Shown: positions 12,881-28,100, counted from the first letter of the stretch. The stretch: DNA of 64,000 bases from Octopus vulgaris (GCA_951406725.2 OX597832.1:22816001-22880000); one strand, 5' to 3'. The notes: generated from the letters alone by a model not told the origin. Translations and numbers: made by a program.

Positions 12881-12926
12881 GACACCTGGAGAAGGCTGGA
12901 TGGTATATCAGCCGAAACGTTGTGTT
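12881..12926 (+). ncRNA. Minimal hammerhead motif with mutated core (CUGGAGA)
   Basis: GACAC CUGGAGA A GGCUG..CAGCC GAAA CG UU GUGUU. Confidence 0.65.
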
Positions 12927-13129
12927 AACAACAAACAAGATGAGGACAAATATCCATCGAATGTAAATAATGTAAATAATGTAAATAATGCACATAATTC
13001 CTCATCTCTTAAATATAGAACTAGATTCCATTCTGTTGCAAGGATTTGGGACGGGTCAATTGTTTGATGATACCTTCCCTCCCACCACCCGCTGAGTTCC
13101 TGTAAAAAGTCACGTGCTCTGCCTTTCCT

Positions 13130-13517
13130 ATTCTTTTACTCTTTTACTCCTTTACTTGTTTCACTCATTTGACTGTGGCCATGCTGGAGCACCGTCTTTA
13201 GTCGAGCAAATCGACACCAGGACTTATCCTTTGTAAGCCTACCGCTAAGTTACGGGGGGCATAAACACACCAGCATCGGTTGTCAAGCGATGTTGGGGGG
13301 ACAAACACAGATACACAAGCATCCACACATATATAAACATATATACACATATATACGACGGGCTTCTTTTCAGTTTCCGTCTACCAAATCCGCTCACAAG
13401 TCTTTGGTCGGCCCGAGGCTATAGTAGAAGACACTTGGCCAAGGTGCAATGCAGTCAGACTGAACCCGGAACCATGTGATTGGTAAGCAAGCTACTTACC
13501 ACACAGCCACTTCTGTG

Positions 13518-13519
<2 letters not shown>
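13130..13519 (-). mobile_element. SINE family A
   Basis: Matches 45773-46181. Confidence 0.9.
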
Positions 13520-13596
<77 letters not shown>

Positions 13597-14262
13597 TTTT
13601 ATGCAGACACACAAAATATAGCACTCAGAAAAAAAAAACATTTATGAAACATAATTTACACATACATTTACGGATCTCTGTAGATAAGCTAATAAAAATA
13701 GATGAAAATATAGATAATTTACCGGTTTCTAATAACAACCGTTTCTGTTAATAAGCGTAGCTTGAGACGTCATTTTTCCACGATAATATTAGCTGAAGCC
13801 CCAGGCTATATACAAACATACATTCGAAATGTGAACAAAGAACATCAATTGTTCGTGTGTATGTGTGTGTGTGGGCATGGAAGTGATTCCGTTTCCGTGT
13901 CATAATGTATAAATTTATAAATATTCATGTAATTAAGGAAAACATTTCCATTACGGTTCTTTTAAAAACATTTTGTCTAATGTGTTTTTTTTCCTTCATA
14001 TTTGCCTCTAATTTGCTTCTAATTTTTACGAACCCGCACATACGAACACACACATGCATATGCATGTATTTATATATGTGTAAATATAATTCTGACTACT
14101 CACACACACACAAACACACACACACACATAAATCCACTTATCTACTATATCTTTCTTTTTACCTATTTATCTATCTATCTACCTCTCTATCTGTCTGTGT
14201 ATCTGTCTATCAGCATGTATCTATGTATTAATCCATCTGTTCAATCCAACTTACATATATAT

Positions 14263-14445
14263 AACGGGAAAGTTTACGAAAATAAACAAAAGACGAAGGC
14301 AGGTGGAGTATAAACAAACAAATGTATTAGTATAGCGATCAGGAATAGAAATAGAAATAGTCTTTTACGTTTCGAGCCTACGCTCTTCGACAGAAAGATA
14401 CACAGAAAAGAAACAAAGAGAGAAAAAATGCGTGCAGGAGCTAAT
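14263..14445 (-). mobile_element. Probable PLE pLTR fragment with hammerhead-like motif (14361-14398), in (TA)n
   Basis: Minus strand UCUUU CUGUCGA A GAGC guag GCUC GAAA CG UA AAAGA. Confidence 0.6.
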
Positions 14446-14951
14446 GATATATATATATAAAGTCTTGTGAGTGAATTTGGTATACGGAAACTGAAATAAA
14501 ACCGTCGTTTATATATATACATATATATAACCCTAACCCTAACCCTACCATCACAAAGCAACACTGAAAGCAACTTGTACTGAGCCTAAATCGTTTGAAA
14601 CACAAGCTTGAGCCTGTTCCAAGTGGCTGTGTTCTATCACGATTAGAACCCAAAACTTCGAAGTTACCAGAACCGAAAAGGAAGAAATCAAGCGACAAGA
14701 GAGAAGGCTCGATGAAATCAACCTCATTTTCCACCAAAATTACTGGGAAATCAATGCCATTGACTCTTCTCTGCAAGAATTAGTCTACTCCGTTACTAAA
14801 GTCATTACCTTAAAGCAAGCGTTCAACCAAGAAGAAACTAAATTTCCGAACAGGAGATAAAGCCCACGACATTTATATACGCATGTATATACGGGCATAT
14901 ATGTAATTCAGCATATCAGTAATTATGTACACACACAGACACACATACATA

Positions 14952-16016
<1,065 letters not shown>

Positions 16017-16017
16017 C

Positions 16018-16064
<47 letters not shown>

Positions 16065-16649
16065 CAGACATATATATATACATATATATATATACACACA
16101 TATATATACATATATATATATATAATTTTATATATGCATGTGTGTGTGTGTGTCTGTGTGTGTCTGTGTGTGTATGAGTTTTCCTACATGACTACACATA
16201 TATTTATGTATATTTATCTACGCATGTTTGAACTGTACTTATTTATATATTCGTGTCTATATTTGCAAGGATTTACATGTATTTTTGGTACGAGTCTATG
16301 ATTATATTTGTGATTTCTGAAGATAGCAGACGGCGAGAAAAGAAAATGAAGTCTTTAATTTTAAAATGTTATTTAAAATTGAATATGAAAATTATGGAAC
16401 CTGTTGATTGATTTTATTACGATCGAACGATCGCAATCATTTCGCACGCTAGGAACATGTCACAGCCGTTCAAAATACCTCGGTGTCGATAATTCGGAAA
16501 CACAAGTGGTAACTCAGCCGCAAAATGGACGGAAAAAGAATATAAATATAAATTAATGTCGGATTTTAGTAGTTGATATAAATGGAACTCAAAAATGCTT
16601 ATAGTAACTAATAAACTGTAATGAAACTAAATTAAAAATTATTTTGTGC

Positions 16650-17312
16650 ACACATACAGAAACACACATAAGTACACACACGCACAAACACAGACGCATA
16701 TAGACATATAGACATATAGACACACACAAACACACACAAACACACACATAGACACACACACACAAACACAGACACACGCACAGACACACAAACACACACA
16801 TAGACACACTCGCTTGCTCGTACATACAGGTACTCACACGCACAAACCACTCACACACACACAGACAAGCACTGACTTACTGACACAGAAGCACACTCAC
16901 TCACACACATACAGGTACTCACACGCACAAACCACTCACACACACACAAGCACTGACTCACCACACACACAAGCACACTCACTCACACACACACACACAC
17001 TCACACACACACAAACACACACATAGACACACTCGCTTGCTCGTACATACAGGTACTCACACGCACAAACCACTCACACACACAGACAAGCACTGACTTA
17101 CTGACACAGAAGCACACTCACTCACACACATACACACACGCACACACAAACCACTCACACACACACAAGCACTGACTTACTCACACACAAGCACACTCAC
17201 TCACTCACACACATACACACACGCACACACAAACACACTCACTCATTCACACACACATACACAAACACACTCACTCACACACACACATACACAAACACAC
17301 AAACTCACACTT
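16650..17312. repeat. (CA)n-derived complex repeat with internal duplication
   Basis: catagacacactcgcttgctcgtacatacaggtactc block repeated at ~16799 and ~17021. Confidence 0.85.
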
Positions 17313-17821
17313 ATACAGACATGTCTGAAATCACGAGAGTTTAGAATCTTCGAGAAAACGTAAGAGGTGTCCTGTTTGGAAAGAGGAAACTCGAAGGAAA
17401 TCAAGCCATAAATAACAGCGTACATGTTTAAAAATTCCTTTGTAGAGAAAAAAAGTCGAAAGCTGCCCGGGAGACAAAATCCCCACATTCATAAACATAA
17501 CAGACGTTCCGCCATTTGACCAAAGTAACTATTCAAATTTTTCTATCTCAGAAGCTGCATTCTTACCAGCGACAATTATATATTGTTTACATTATAAGAG
17601 TTTATGAAATGGGGGACAGTGGGATAGAATACTTTTTTGGAACAGTGAACATCGAAGCGAGTAAAGCTATAAGTAATTAAACAAAGGTATGTATTAAATC
17701 ATTATTTAATGGAATAATATTTGGTTGAAAGAAAATCTTTTGGATAGAAAATGTCGAATGTTGTTTAGAGAATTTCGAGTTTCAAATTTCATCGCTTCCA
17801 GTTCCGTTGAATACATTTATA

Positions 17822-18402
17822 TTGGGTTGTCCGGAAAGTTCGTGCCGATATATACTAGCTTACATTTCGACTTATTTTAGAACATGGTTGAGTCCATAAA
17901 ATAGGATTTGACTACACCTCCATTTAGAGCACATTTTAAGCTAACTTTTCGTGGAAGAAGGTTTATGTTTCTATAACCTGTGTTAATTCTGTAACCCTTT
18001 AAAATGGCAGATAAGAAAGTTCATTTTCGGCACTTGTCTGTATTTAGCCTTTCATCCTTTCGGAAAGTTGCAAATTGTTGCAGCTCGGCTGGGATGTGTT
18101 ACCCCACCCTCCAAATTCACCAGATATTGCTCCTTCGGATTTCCACTTACTCAGGTCTCTGCAGAATAGTCTTAATGGTAAAAATTTCAATTCCTTTGAT
18201 GACGTAAAAAGGTACCTTGATGAATTCTTTGCCATGAAACCACCTCGATTCTGGGAAGAGGGGATTTTCAAGTTAAAGGAAAGATGGAGACACATTGAGC
18301 AATAAAATGTTTTATATTTGGTTGATTAAAAATGTAATAGCAAGTATTTATTGACCCTTTTCTCTCCTTTAAAAATCGGCAGAAACTTTCTGGACAACCC
18401 AA
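17822..18402 (+). mobile_element. Internally deleted mariner element
   Basis: TIRs ttgggttgtccggaaagtt / aactttctggacaacccaa, TA flanks; HPPNSPDIAPSDFHL corresponds to the mariner YSPDLAPSD motif. Confidence 0.92.
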
Positions 18403-18555
18403 TACCTTAGTATGTATGCTTCTCGCTTTCGCCCGCTCTCTTCCCTTCACCCTCTCTTTCTTTCACTCATTCACTCACTCACTCGCACACACACACACAC
18501 ACTCACACACACAAACAAACTCACACACACACACACACATATAGATGTATACATA

Positions 18556-18721
18556 CACGAGGAGGTGTTGAAAAGTTCGTGGATTTGGGAAAAACAAAAT
18601 ACCAAAGAAATCTCTCTGAGATTCACACACTTATTGTAGTGGTCCTTCAGTTTTTCTAAGCCCTGTAACTCGGAAAGTTGGGCTTCCAACCAGGCCTTTC
18701 GCGACACTCTTAAAACCAGGA

Positions 18722-18725
<4 letters not shown>
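18556..18725 (-). mobile_element. Mariner-like fragment
   Basis: QGLEKLKDHYNKCVNLRE resembles the mariner C-terminus; cgaggaggtgttgaaaagttc is TIR-like. Confidence 0.6.
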
Positions 18726-18799
<74 letters not shown>

Positions 18800-19597
18800 T
18801 GTGTGAATGCTAATTGTGGAGTCTTTCGGGATTTTTGCGATTTTAATTACCCCAGCCCCTGAAATGTCCTTATCGTATTGAAATGTCCGACTTTTAAAAA
18901 TATTGTGTATAATAAAATATAATAAAATAAAGAAATCGTAAATAGAAGAGAAAAGATAGAATGATTAAAATGTTCATATTTTAACCAATTTTTTTAAAAT
19001 ATCCAACGAGAATGCAGAAGAAAAATTATGCCCCCCACCCCCCAAAAAAATAAAACGTTAAAGAAAGAGTTAGAAAAATCATTCCTCATTGCAAAATAGT
19101 GCAGAATGGAACATATGAGTATATTGCACCAGACCAATCTTATCATATATTTGTAGAATTGCCTGGCAACAAACTGAGAAAAAATAGTAAAAATTTACAA
19201 TAGCGGAGTGTTATTTGAGAGTAATATATACAGACACATACGCGCCCGCACATGCACTCACACACACATACACACATACACACACCACCACCACCACCAC
19301 TACCAACAACAACAACAACAATATGAAGGAGAAATGAAATATAAAGTATAAGCAACAGTGGCTAAGTCGGCCTGCTTCAAAATCAGCGACACAAACAGAG
19401 CGAAAAGCAGATTTTATAAAAATATTTGTTTCCATTAAGCAAATACGTGATAACAACTCTTGAGATCCAAAATTTTCCGAAATGACCAAGAAATCTGAAG
19501 CACAAGTGATGGCATTTGTTGTTTTAAAAATGATGCAGAAATCAAAAAAGAAAAAAAAATTAACTTGGATTTCAATTACAAAATCTGTAAAAATTAA

Positions 19598-19633
19598 TTA
19601 TTATTATTATTATTATTGTTGTTGTTGTTGTTG

Positions 19634-19712
<79 letters not shown>

Positions 19713-19717
19713 CATTA

Positions 19718-19802
<85 letters not shown>
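19598..19802. repeat. (TTA)n/(TTG)n microsatellite
   Basis: Direct reading. Confidence 0.95.
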
Positions 19803-19803
<1 letters not shown>

Positions 19804-20852
19804 GCGCTGTATGTAGATTTAGCCCACAAACGAACTGTAAAGCCAGAAATGTGGTCTATAGTATAAGATGTATAGAGGGACGATGCAGTAACAAGACAGT
19901 AACATACGTAGGGGAAACTGCAAGAAGCATTGGTGAGCGGGTGAATGAACATTGGAGACAACTCAAGGAAGGTAAAAGCTCATCGATTCTGTACCAACAC
20001 GCCGAACAAGAACACGGGGGATCAATCAATAACATAGAGATTAAGATATTGTCCACACATAGAACAGATGCAACAATTAGACAAATTACAGAAGCTACAC
20101 ATATAATAGAAAATAAACCTAGCCTGAATAGAAAACTAGAATGGAGCAATAGCGCACACCACAACATATGACAATAGTGGATCCTGCAAACATAATAAAT
20201 ACACAGGTAATTAAAGAAATAGAAATGAATATCTATGTGTATGTATATGTGTATATATATGTATATGTATATGTGTATATATGTGTGTATATATGTATAT
20301 ATATATATGTATATGTATGTGTATGTATATATATATATATATGTATATGTATATTCTTTTTTTTTTTTTTTTTTCTCGATTAGATTTATTATTATTATTA
20401 CTAATATTGTTGTTATACATACATACAAGCATATGTAATGATAATAATGGGTGGATGTAAACACATGAACAAAATTAGAACAAAAGCAACAACAACAAAA
20501 ACAAAATACAAATTACAAGAATGTATATAACCAGAAGATACAAATATTACAGACATCCCCCCCCACACACTAAATAAACATAGACGCACATAGAGATATA
20601 AGCATGCGCAAATGAAGACATACAATAGAAATACAAAATGGCTGACGGTTAGTAAGGAGAGACACAAGTAAGTGAGAAGAAAACAAAGGACCACTGATGC
20701 GGTCACAGGAGTGTGACGAAAGAACTTTGGCCGAAATAAGATTAAGATTAATGTAAAAAATAAATATCACTGAAGCAAAATAACACCAAATATATAGTGC
20801 GTGTGTTTTTATTGGCTAAACTGGCAATATGACCATTCCGAAATATAACAAT
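19803..20852 (+). mobile_element. 5'-truncated Penelope-like element: GIY-YIG endonuclease (19803-20171) plus 3' region with hammerhead-like motif
   Basis: CAVC...[26 protein letters not shown]...H...H...EA..I..LNRKLEW; motif at 20691-20730; flanked by (ATT)n. Confidence 0.88.
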
Positions 20853-20901
20853 ATTATTATTATTATTATTATTATTATCATCATTATCATTATTATTATT
20901 A

Positions 20902-20965
<64 letters not shown>

Positions 20966-21015
20966 CATTATTATTATTATTATCATCTTTATTATTATTA
21001 TTATTATTATTATTA

Positions 21016-21092
<77 letters not shown>

Positions 21093-21646
21093 GAATGAGA
21101 GAGCAGTTCATGCCATCAAAGTGACACTGGGGTAAAATATACGAAGCCCAATATACCCATCATGACTACCCGTCTGATAAAGGTACATCAGGCACATCCA
21201 TCACAACCATATGTGCGCGACATGGTGATCTCATATCAAGATAAACAGCACATGACCTTGCAGGTGGGGCCCAGTTAGAATTTTCTTCAGGTTGAGTAGC
21301 CCATCCCGCTCAAACGGTCCCTGAATAAGGATTGTTTAAGGATGTTGAAAGAACCACCCATGTTTCCAGAGGTGAACTATTCAAACCCCAAAGAATCCCT
21401 CTCAACACATGGCTATGATGCTCCCCCACTACTTCTGCTCGTGATCAGAGATGCACATATCGTCAGCCACTAAGGGACATGCTCAACTGGTTAAGGTCAA
21501 ACAACTGACAAGCAAATCTGTGGTATTGAGCAGAATATTTGCTGTAGCCCATCTTTTATACCAAGACAAAACAATGTACATGATAACACTTCCAATCAGT
21601 TAAGATCAGAAGCCATGAGAGCCACTGCCTGGTACTGCATCAGGGC
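21093..21646 (-). mobile_element. ~553-bp (TAA)n-embedded repeat, copy 2
   Basis: Near-identical to copies 3 and 4. Confidence 0.9.
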
Positions 21647-21673
21647 ATTATTATCATTATTATTATTATTATT

Positions 21674-22431
<758 letters not shown>

Positions 22432-22961
22432 GAGTGAGAGAGCAGTGCATGCCACCAAAGTGACACTGGGGTAAAATTTACGAAGCCCAGTATACCCATC
22501 ATGACTACCTGCCTGATAAGTGTACACCAGGCACATGCATCACAACCATATATGTGCGACATGGTGATCTAATGTCAAGATAAACAGCACATGACCTTGC
22601 AGATGGGGCCCAGTTAGAATTTTCTTCAGGTTGAGTAGCCCATCCCGCTCAAACGGTCCCTGAATAAGGGTTGTTTAAGGATGTTGAAAGAACCACCCAT
22701 GTTTCCAGAGGTGAACTATTCAAACCCCAAAGAATCCCTCTCAACACATGGCTATGATGCTCCCCCACTACTTCTGCTCATGATCAGAGATGCACATATC
22801 GTCAGCCACCAAGGGACATGCTCAACTGGTGATGGTCAAACAACTGACAAGCAAATCTGTGGTATTGAGCAGAATATTTGCTGCCGCCCATCTTTTATAC
22901 CAAGACAAAACAATGTACATGATAACACTTCCAATCAGTTAAGACCAGAAGCCATGAGAGC
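22432..22961 (-). mobile_element. ~553-bp (TAA)n-embedded repeat, copy 4, missing ~25 nt at the presumed 5' end
   Basis: Stops at gccatgagagc rather than continuing to cagggc. Confidence 0.9.
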
Positions 22962-23005
22962 TTCTTATTATTATTATTGTAATTATTATTATCATCATCA
23001 TCATC

Positions 23006-23076
<71 letters not shown>

Positions 23077-23081
23077 CATCA

Positions 23082-23146
<65 letters not shown>

Positions 23147-23149
<3 letters not shown>

Positions 23150-23636
23150 TAGTTTTATTTTTATAGTGTGCTTTCACTTCACTACCGATCGTAGCTCTGT
23201 ATGCCTTGGGTATGTGCTGTGATTTGTTGTGATGCTCTGATGGTTATTGTATGGAAAGTGCTCTGCGTAGGATGTGTGCAGTGCCTAGTAGTGCAATTTT
23301 CTGCATGTTATATTTGTTTGTAAGTGCTGGTGTTTTTGTTATGTATTTGTCTGAATGTTATGTTATCATGCCTAATGCACCTACTATGATAGGAATTATT
23401 TCTGTTTTTAGATTCCACATTCTAGTTACCTCTATTTCAAGGTCTTTGTATTTTGAGAGTTTCTCCATTTCTTTTAGAGACTCGTTGTCATCTGCTGGTA
23501 TTGATATATCAATTAGAAAGCATTTTTTTTTCTTTGTGATCTCTGACAACTATATCTGGTCTATTGCCCTTAATTTCTCCATCTGTGTGTATTGGCATAT
23601 CCCAGAGTATGGTTGCTTTCTCGTTTTCTGTGACCT
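23147..23636 (-). mobile_element. 3' end of R4/Dong-type RLE retrotransposon with (TAA)n tail
   Basis: ATILWDMPIHTDGEIKGNRPDIVV...CFLIDISIPADD...KLSKYKDL...IIPIIVGALG...LLGTAHILRRALSIQ*; restriction-like endonuclease PD..D and K..KY motifs. Confidence 0.9.
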
Positions 23637-24448
23637 AGTCGAACAAACACTTCCGCGCATGCGTAATACAATAATGATGATGTTACTAACTGTTATATGG
23701 GAATGTAAATATATTTGCAAATTGTTTTTGTTACATGTTATTCTGTGTTCTGAATACTTTTATTTTTTCATGACTTCATTGCTTTCAGGCTTAGCTTAAG
23801 GTATTTTTGCACCCGACATCACAAAATGCGTCTGACAGCAAATAGAGACTCGGACATTGCTTAGAAAATATTTTTCATTGTTAACCTCGTATATAGTACG
23901 CACTAAGGATTTTGACCGTTAAATTTTTTGGGGAAAATGCGGTTTATACTCGAGGATTTGCGGTAACTTCACTCCATTGAATTAAGGAATAATTCCGATA
24001 ATCTAAACACCATTCGTTGTCACTATTAATATTACTATACGTCATAAGACGTTCAGCAAGTGTTGATTTTCTTTGGTATACATGTTTTATGGAACTAACG
24101 ACGAACAGTTTCCGTTGAAAAGGAATTGGCAACGTGGAGGTAAAGCTCTGCTGTCGATTATGCTGCCATTCGTAATTCGATGCTCTGGTCCCTCTCTGTG
24201 AGCTTTACCCACCGTCTAGAATGCTACCTTGTTTACGGAATGCCAAAAGGAATTTTGAGACATTGGTTGGTGTCCCAGAATTACTATAGAAGAAACTAAC
24301 CTAGAGTAAGTTTCCTTGGACTGAACCCAAAACCCCGTAGTTACAAAACAAGCTTCTTAACCCCGAAATGAAAACTTTTGCTATGCAAAGTTCTAATAGC
24401 TTCGATCACCTCCAGCATATTATAATACCTTTGAGCTAGACGGAGAAA

Positions 24449-24657
24449 TGGAGGTGCGTGGTTCAGTGGTTAGGGTGTTGGACTCATGATCGTAAGGTTG
24501 TGTTTTCGATTTCTGAACTACGCGCCGCGCTGTGTTCGAGAGCAAAACACTTCATTTCACTTCATTTCATGGCAAATATGAGTAATCCTAAGAGAGGTCG
24601 GCGTCCTGCACAGTTAGAGAATATATGCACCATGGAAACCGCGAAACAGGCCCCATG
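24449..24657 (+). mobile_element. SINE family D, degenerate
   Basis: Matches 7001-7249. Confidence 0.75.
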
Positions 24658-25249
24658 TGTCTATATTATCCGGGGTAGATCCTAAATCATTATAGCCTTG
24701 GCAATCCTATCTTATTTTCAAGAACCGTTTACGCCGATCGACATTATCCAAAGCGAATATATATATAAAATCCATCGAGGTATAGTTTAATCGAGATTTG
24801 GCTGCTATATCTAGCAGGCTAGATGATCATGTAGGAGGCCCTTTGTAAACTTATATGTTCGGTGTCAAATTACTTACGGCAGAGATCTATGAATCTGAAG
24901 CTTGCTACAGTAAGATATTGAGATTTGATTACAACACTTTGCGAGGTGTTAAGAAATTAATTATCCACGGAAACTAATTAACTCAGAACCCGTGTTAAGA
25001 ACATAGGAGAACATTGAAAGTAAATAAACAGAGTATCTTTAAATGCTATCGATTTTAGCCTGTTGTTAGAATGAAAACAAATTATGTGTTATTCTATTGC
25101 AGTTGCACAATATTCAACCAGTGTTTAGAACTCAATGCAAATCCTTGCGCATTCAAATTACAACCGAGAATTAAATGTTATTTGCTACCACCACCACCAC
25201 CATCACCGCCACCATCGGGTTTCGCTTGGTATTATACGCATTTGAATAA

Positions 25250-25610
25250 CTGAGAAATTTACAAAGTGTATATCCGTGCTGAGATTGATTCGAGCAGTTC
25301 TCATTCTTTCTTGATAGCAACACTCTACAAAGCGGTGACTACATAGCCGTTTCCATCTACCATCACCCGAGTAATCAGAGACAGAAGGAGATGTTAACCA
25401 TGAAGAGGTCATCGTTGGAGAAGCAAGGATGAAATACCACGAGATCTCCTTCTCTGGTAACCAACACATGGGCATATAGACGAAGAAGAGCACGTGTCGA
25501 TCAACTTGTGAAGATACAAGATTTCAAGTTGCGGACCAGAAGACGGTTATGGAAGATCGGGCAATCTAGGATGGAAGACTTGAATTCTGCGGGATTTTCA
25601 CTCGACCGGA
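25250..25610 (+). mobile_element. RTE-X-like LINE 3' fragment
   Basis: With frameshifts: GHRWRSKDEIPRDLLLW*PTHG...VDQLVK...MEDR. Confidence 0.6.
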
Positions 25611-25890
25611 AACATATTCGAGAACAAAACTAACTTTAATCAACCATGTTACTATTTGTCTCTTCCAAGGTGGCTTTGAATAGAACATAAAGAAGAGGTT
25701 TTCTTTCGTAGGTTTGAGATAATATTTCAAAGACTCATTCAGACAATGCGAAAAACAGACTCGGGTTCACAGTGGAATGAGTATAGCTATCAAAAAGTAC
25801 TCAACGTTTACGTATTGAGTTCTATAAGCTATCGATTCTGGTGCATCGACAAAAATATTCCTCTTCTTTCTCTCGCTCTCTCTCCTTCTC

Positions 25891-25894
<4 letters not shown>

Positions 25895-25936
<42 letters not shown>

Positions 25937-26005
25937 CATACATACATACATACTTACATACATACACATATTTACATACGTATATATATATATATATATA
26001 TATAT

Positions 26006-26048
<43 letters not shown>

Positions 26049-26065
26049 ATATATATATATCTATC

Positions 26066-26111
<46 letters not shown>

Positions 26112-26128
26112 CATATATATATGTATAT

Positions 26129-26205
<77 letters not shown>

Positions 26206-26327
26206 AGTATGTGTATGTATGTAAGTATGTATGTATGTATATATATGAATATATACATACATACATACAAACATACGTACATACATGCATACATGCATAC
26301 AAACAAACATACATATGTATACATACA
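25895..26327. repeat. (TA)n/(TACA)n/(TG)n compound microsatellite with roughly palindromic layout
   Basis: Direct reading. Confidence 0.9.
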
Positions 26328-27156
26328 CGGAAATAATATATACTGTTCATTTTCTGCAATTAACTAGTTTAATGCAGTATACAATATAATTTATATTAAC
26401 TACAGGGAAAGCTTGTCAATTTCTGTTGCAATGTAAGGGAAACAACTACAACACTTTCTGCGGAGTTGTTTCCCATACATTTAAAAATCCCTCATCATGA
26501 CGTTTTTTTTCCTTTTTCTTTTTTCCATTGTAACGCGGGCGTCGAAAATGTACTCCATATCCAGAAACTCCTAATACGAGAGACTTACAATCAAAGGCGC
26601 TTCGGAGCGGTGACCATCACATCTTTTTTTTGTTTCCTTGTTTATTGGAATAAAATAAACAATACTTCATTTTCTGCCCCTTTTTTTTTCTTTTGAAGTA
26701 TAACAAAAGTTGCTATTTCCAGATCAATTCAGAACAGAGATTTAAGTGTAAACATCTAAGCACACATCTAAGCTGAATCGATTAGCATGTATCGATCCCA
26801 CGCTATTTATTCGTTATTTTATTTATCTATTTATCTATCTATTTTTTACAATTATTGTTTATCGTTTTATAATTATTTTTTAAATATTTTTATATGTTCC
26901 ACGTCATTGGAATGCGACTATTCTGAGGCACATTCACCGAAATATCTTTAAGTACGGTTCGGTAAAATAACCAACAAAGCAACAACGGTCGTCAGTCGCG
27001 TCAGTGCAGATGGTAAAGAGCAACCAATGAAATACATACGACGTGGAAAAACTGCGCTACATATATCATGGCGATGGAAGAGCCTGGAGTAAGTTATTGT
27101 GATTTCAGGACTGAGGGGAAAAATACCAGTGGACTTCCTAAATGAAACAAGACATA

Positions 27157-27361
27157 CAGTAATTGCCCGCCATATTGCGGCTCACCTATCACGCGTTCAG
27201 TACATCGCGGATTTTTCTGGCTAATATATGTAAATTTATATCGCGGATTCATCAGTATATCGCGGGCTTCCGCGACCGATAGGTATTTATATTTGTTTGA
27301 TTTTAATTATTTCTGTGGGAAGATTTGAAACATAACACGCGCGATAGTCGAGGGATCACTG
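27157..27361. mobile_element. pogo/Tigger-like MITE
   Basis: TA|cagtaattgcccgccatattgcg ... cgcgatagtcgagggatcactg|TA. Confidence 0.75.
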
Positions 27362-27397
27362 TATGTCAGTTCTACAGAAACGTTAGGGAAGACCTAT

Positions 27398-27725
27398 TGT
27401 TTCATCCTTTAAAAGGGACAGTTGTTTGTTCCTTCTCGAGCCATGCCTGGCTCATTAGGGCCGGTTTACCGGTTTCCTTGGCGTATAGGTTCCCCACCTG
27501 GAAGGGACGTCGGTCCGTCGCAGGTGAGCTGCAAGATGCAGGAGGAAAGAGTAAGAGAAAGTTGTGGCGAAAGAGTCTGCAGAAGTTCGCCATTACCTTC
27601 TGCCGGAGCCGCGTGGAACTTAGGTGTTTCGCTCATAAACACACACATCGCCCGGTTTGCGATTCGAACCCGTGATCCCTCGACAGCGCGTTCGCTGCTC
27701 TAACCACTAGGCCATGTGCCTCCAC
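27398..27725 (-). mobile_element. SINE family C head with V-like tail
   Basis: TSD agggaagacctat at 27385-27397 and 27726-27738. Confidence 0.88.
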
Positions 27726-28100
27726 AGGGAAGACCTATAGATAGGTTATATGAACAGTCGGAAATAATAGTGGGATAAGAAATACCCAACCTTCTGAATT
27801 TTTCGGAAAAATAATTTTGCCCACAAGCTACATTTGGCTTCGAATCTGATTAACAGAAAAATAGATCTAGGTCGATAATTTCAGGAAGCTACAAGCATGG
27901 ACGAGTGGTTAAGAAGTTTTCGTAGTGACCACGTGGTTTGAAGTTCAGTCCCATTCTGCGACCCCTATGCCTTTTCTTCGATTACAACTGCCGATTACAT
28001 GATGGATATATATATTTTTATATATATAAATGTATGACAAATCCATTATTGAAACCTGTACACGATGGTTATTTAAATAAATCCTTTGAAGTTTTATGTG

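Larger units (their letters stand above)
12740..13022 (+). mobile_element. Fold-back PLE-type insertion with two inverted hammerhead motifs
   Basis: ~110-bp inverted arms; TSD agattccatt at 12730-12739 and 13023-13032. Confidence 0.8.

Noticed and set aside
20165-20230. Possible SECIS after the PLE stop codon
   Set aside because: ATGA..AA..GA spacing and helices do not fit well, and all visible cysteines use TGY codons.
22681-23166. 161-aa ORF in the 553-bp element
   Set aside because: The frame is closed by stops in sister copies and extends only through (TTA)n.
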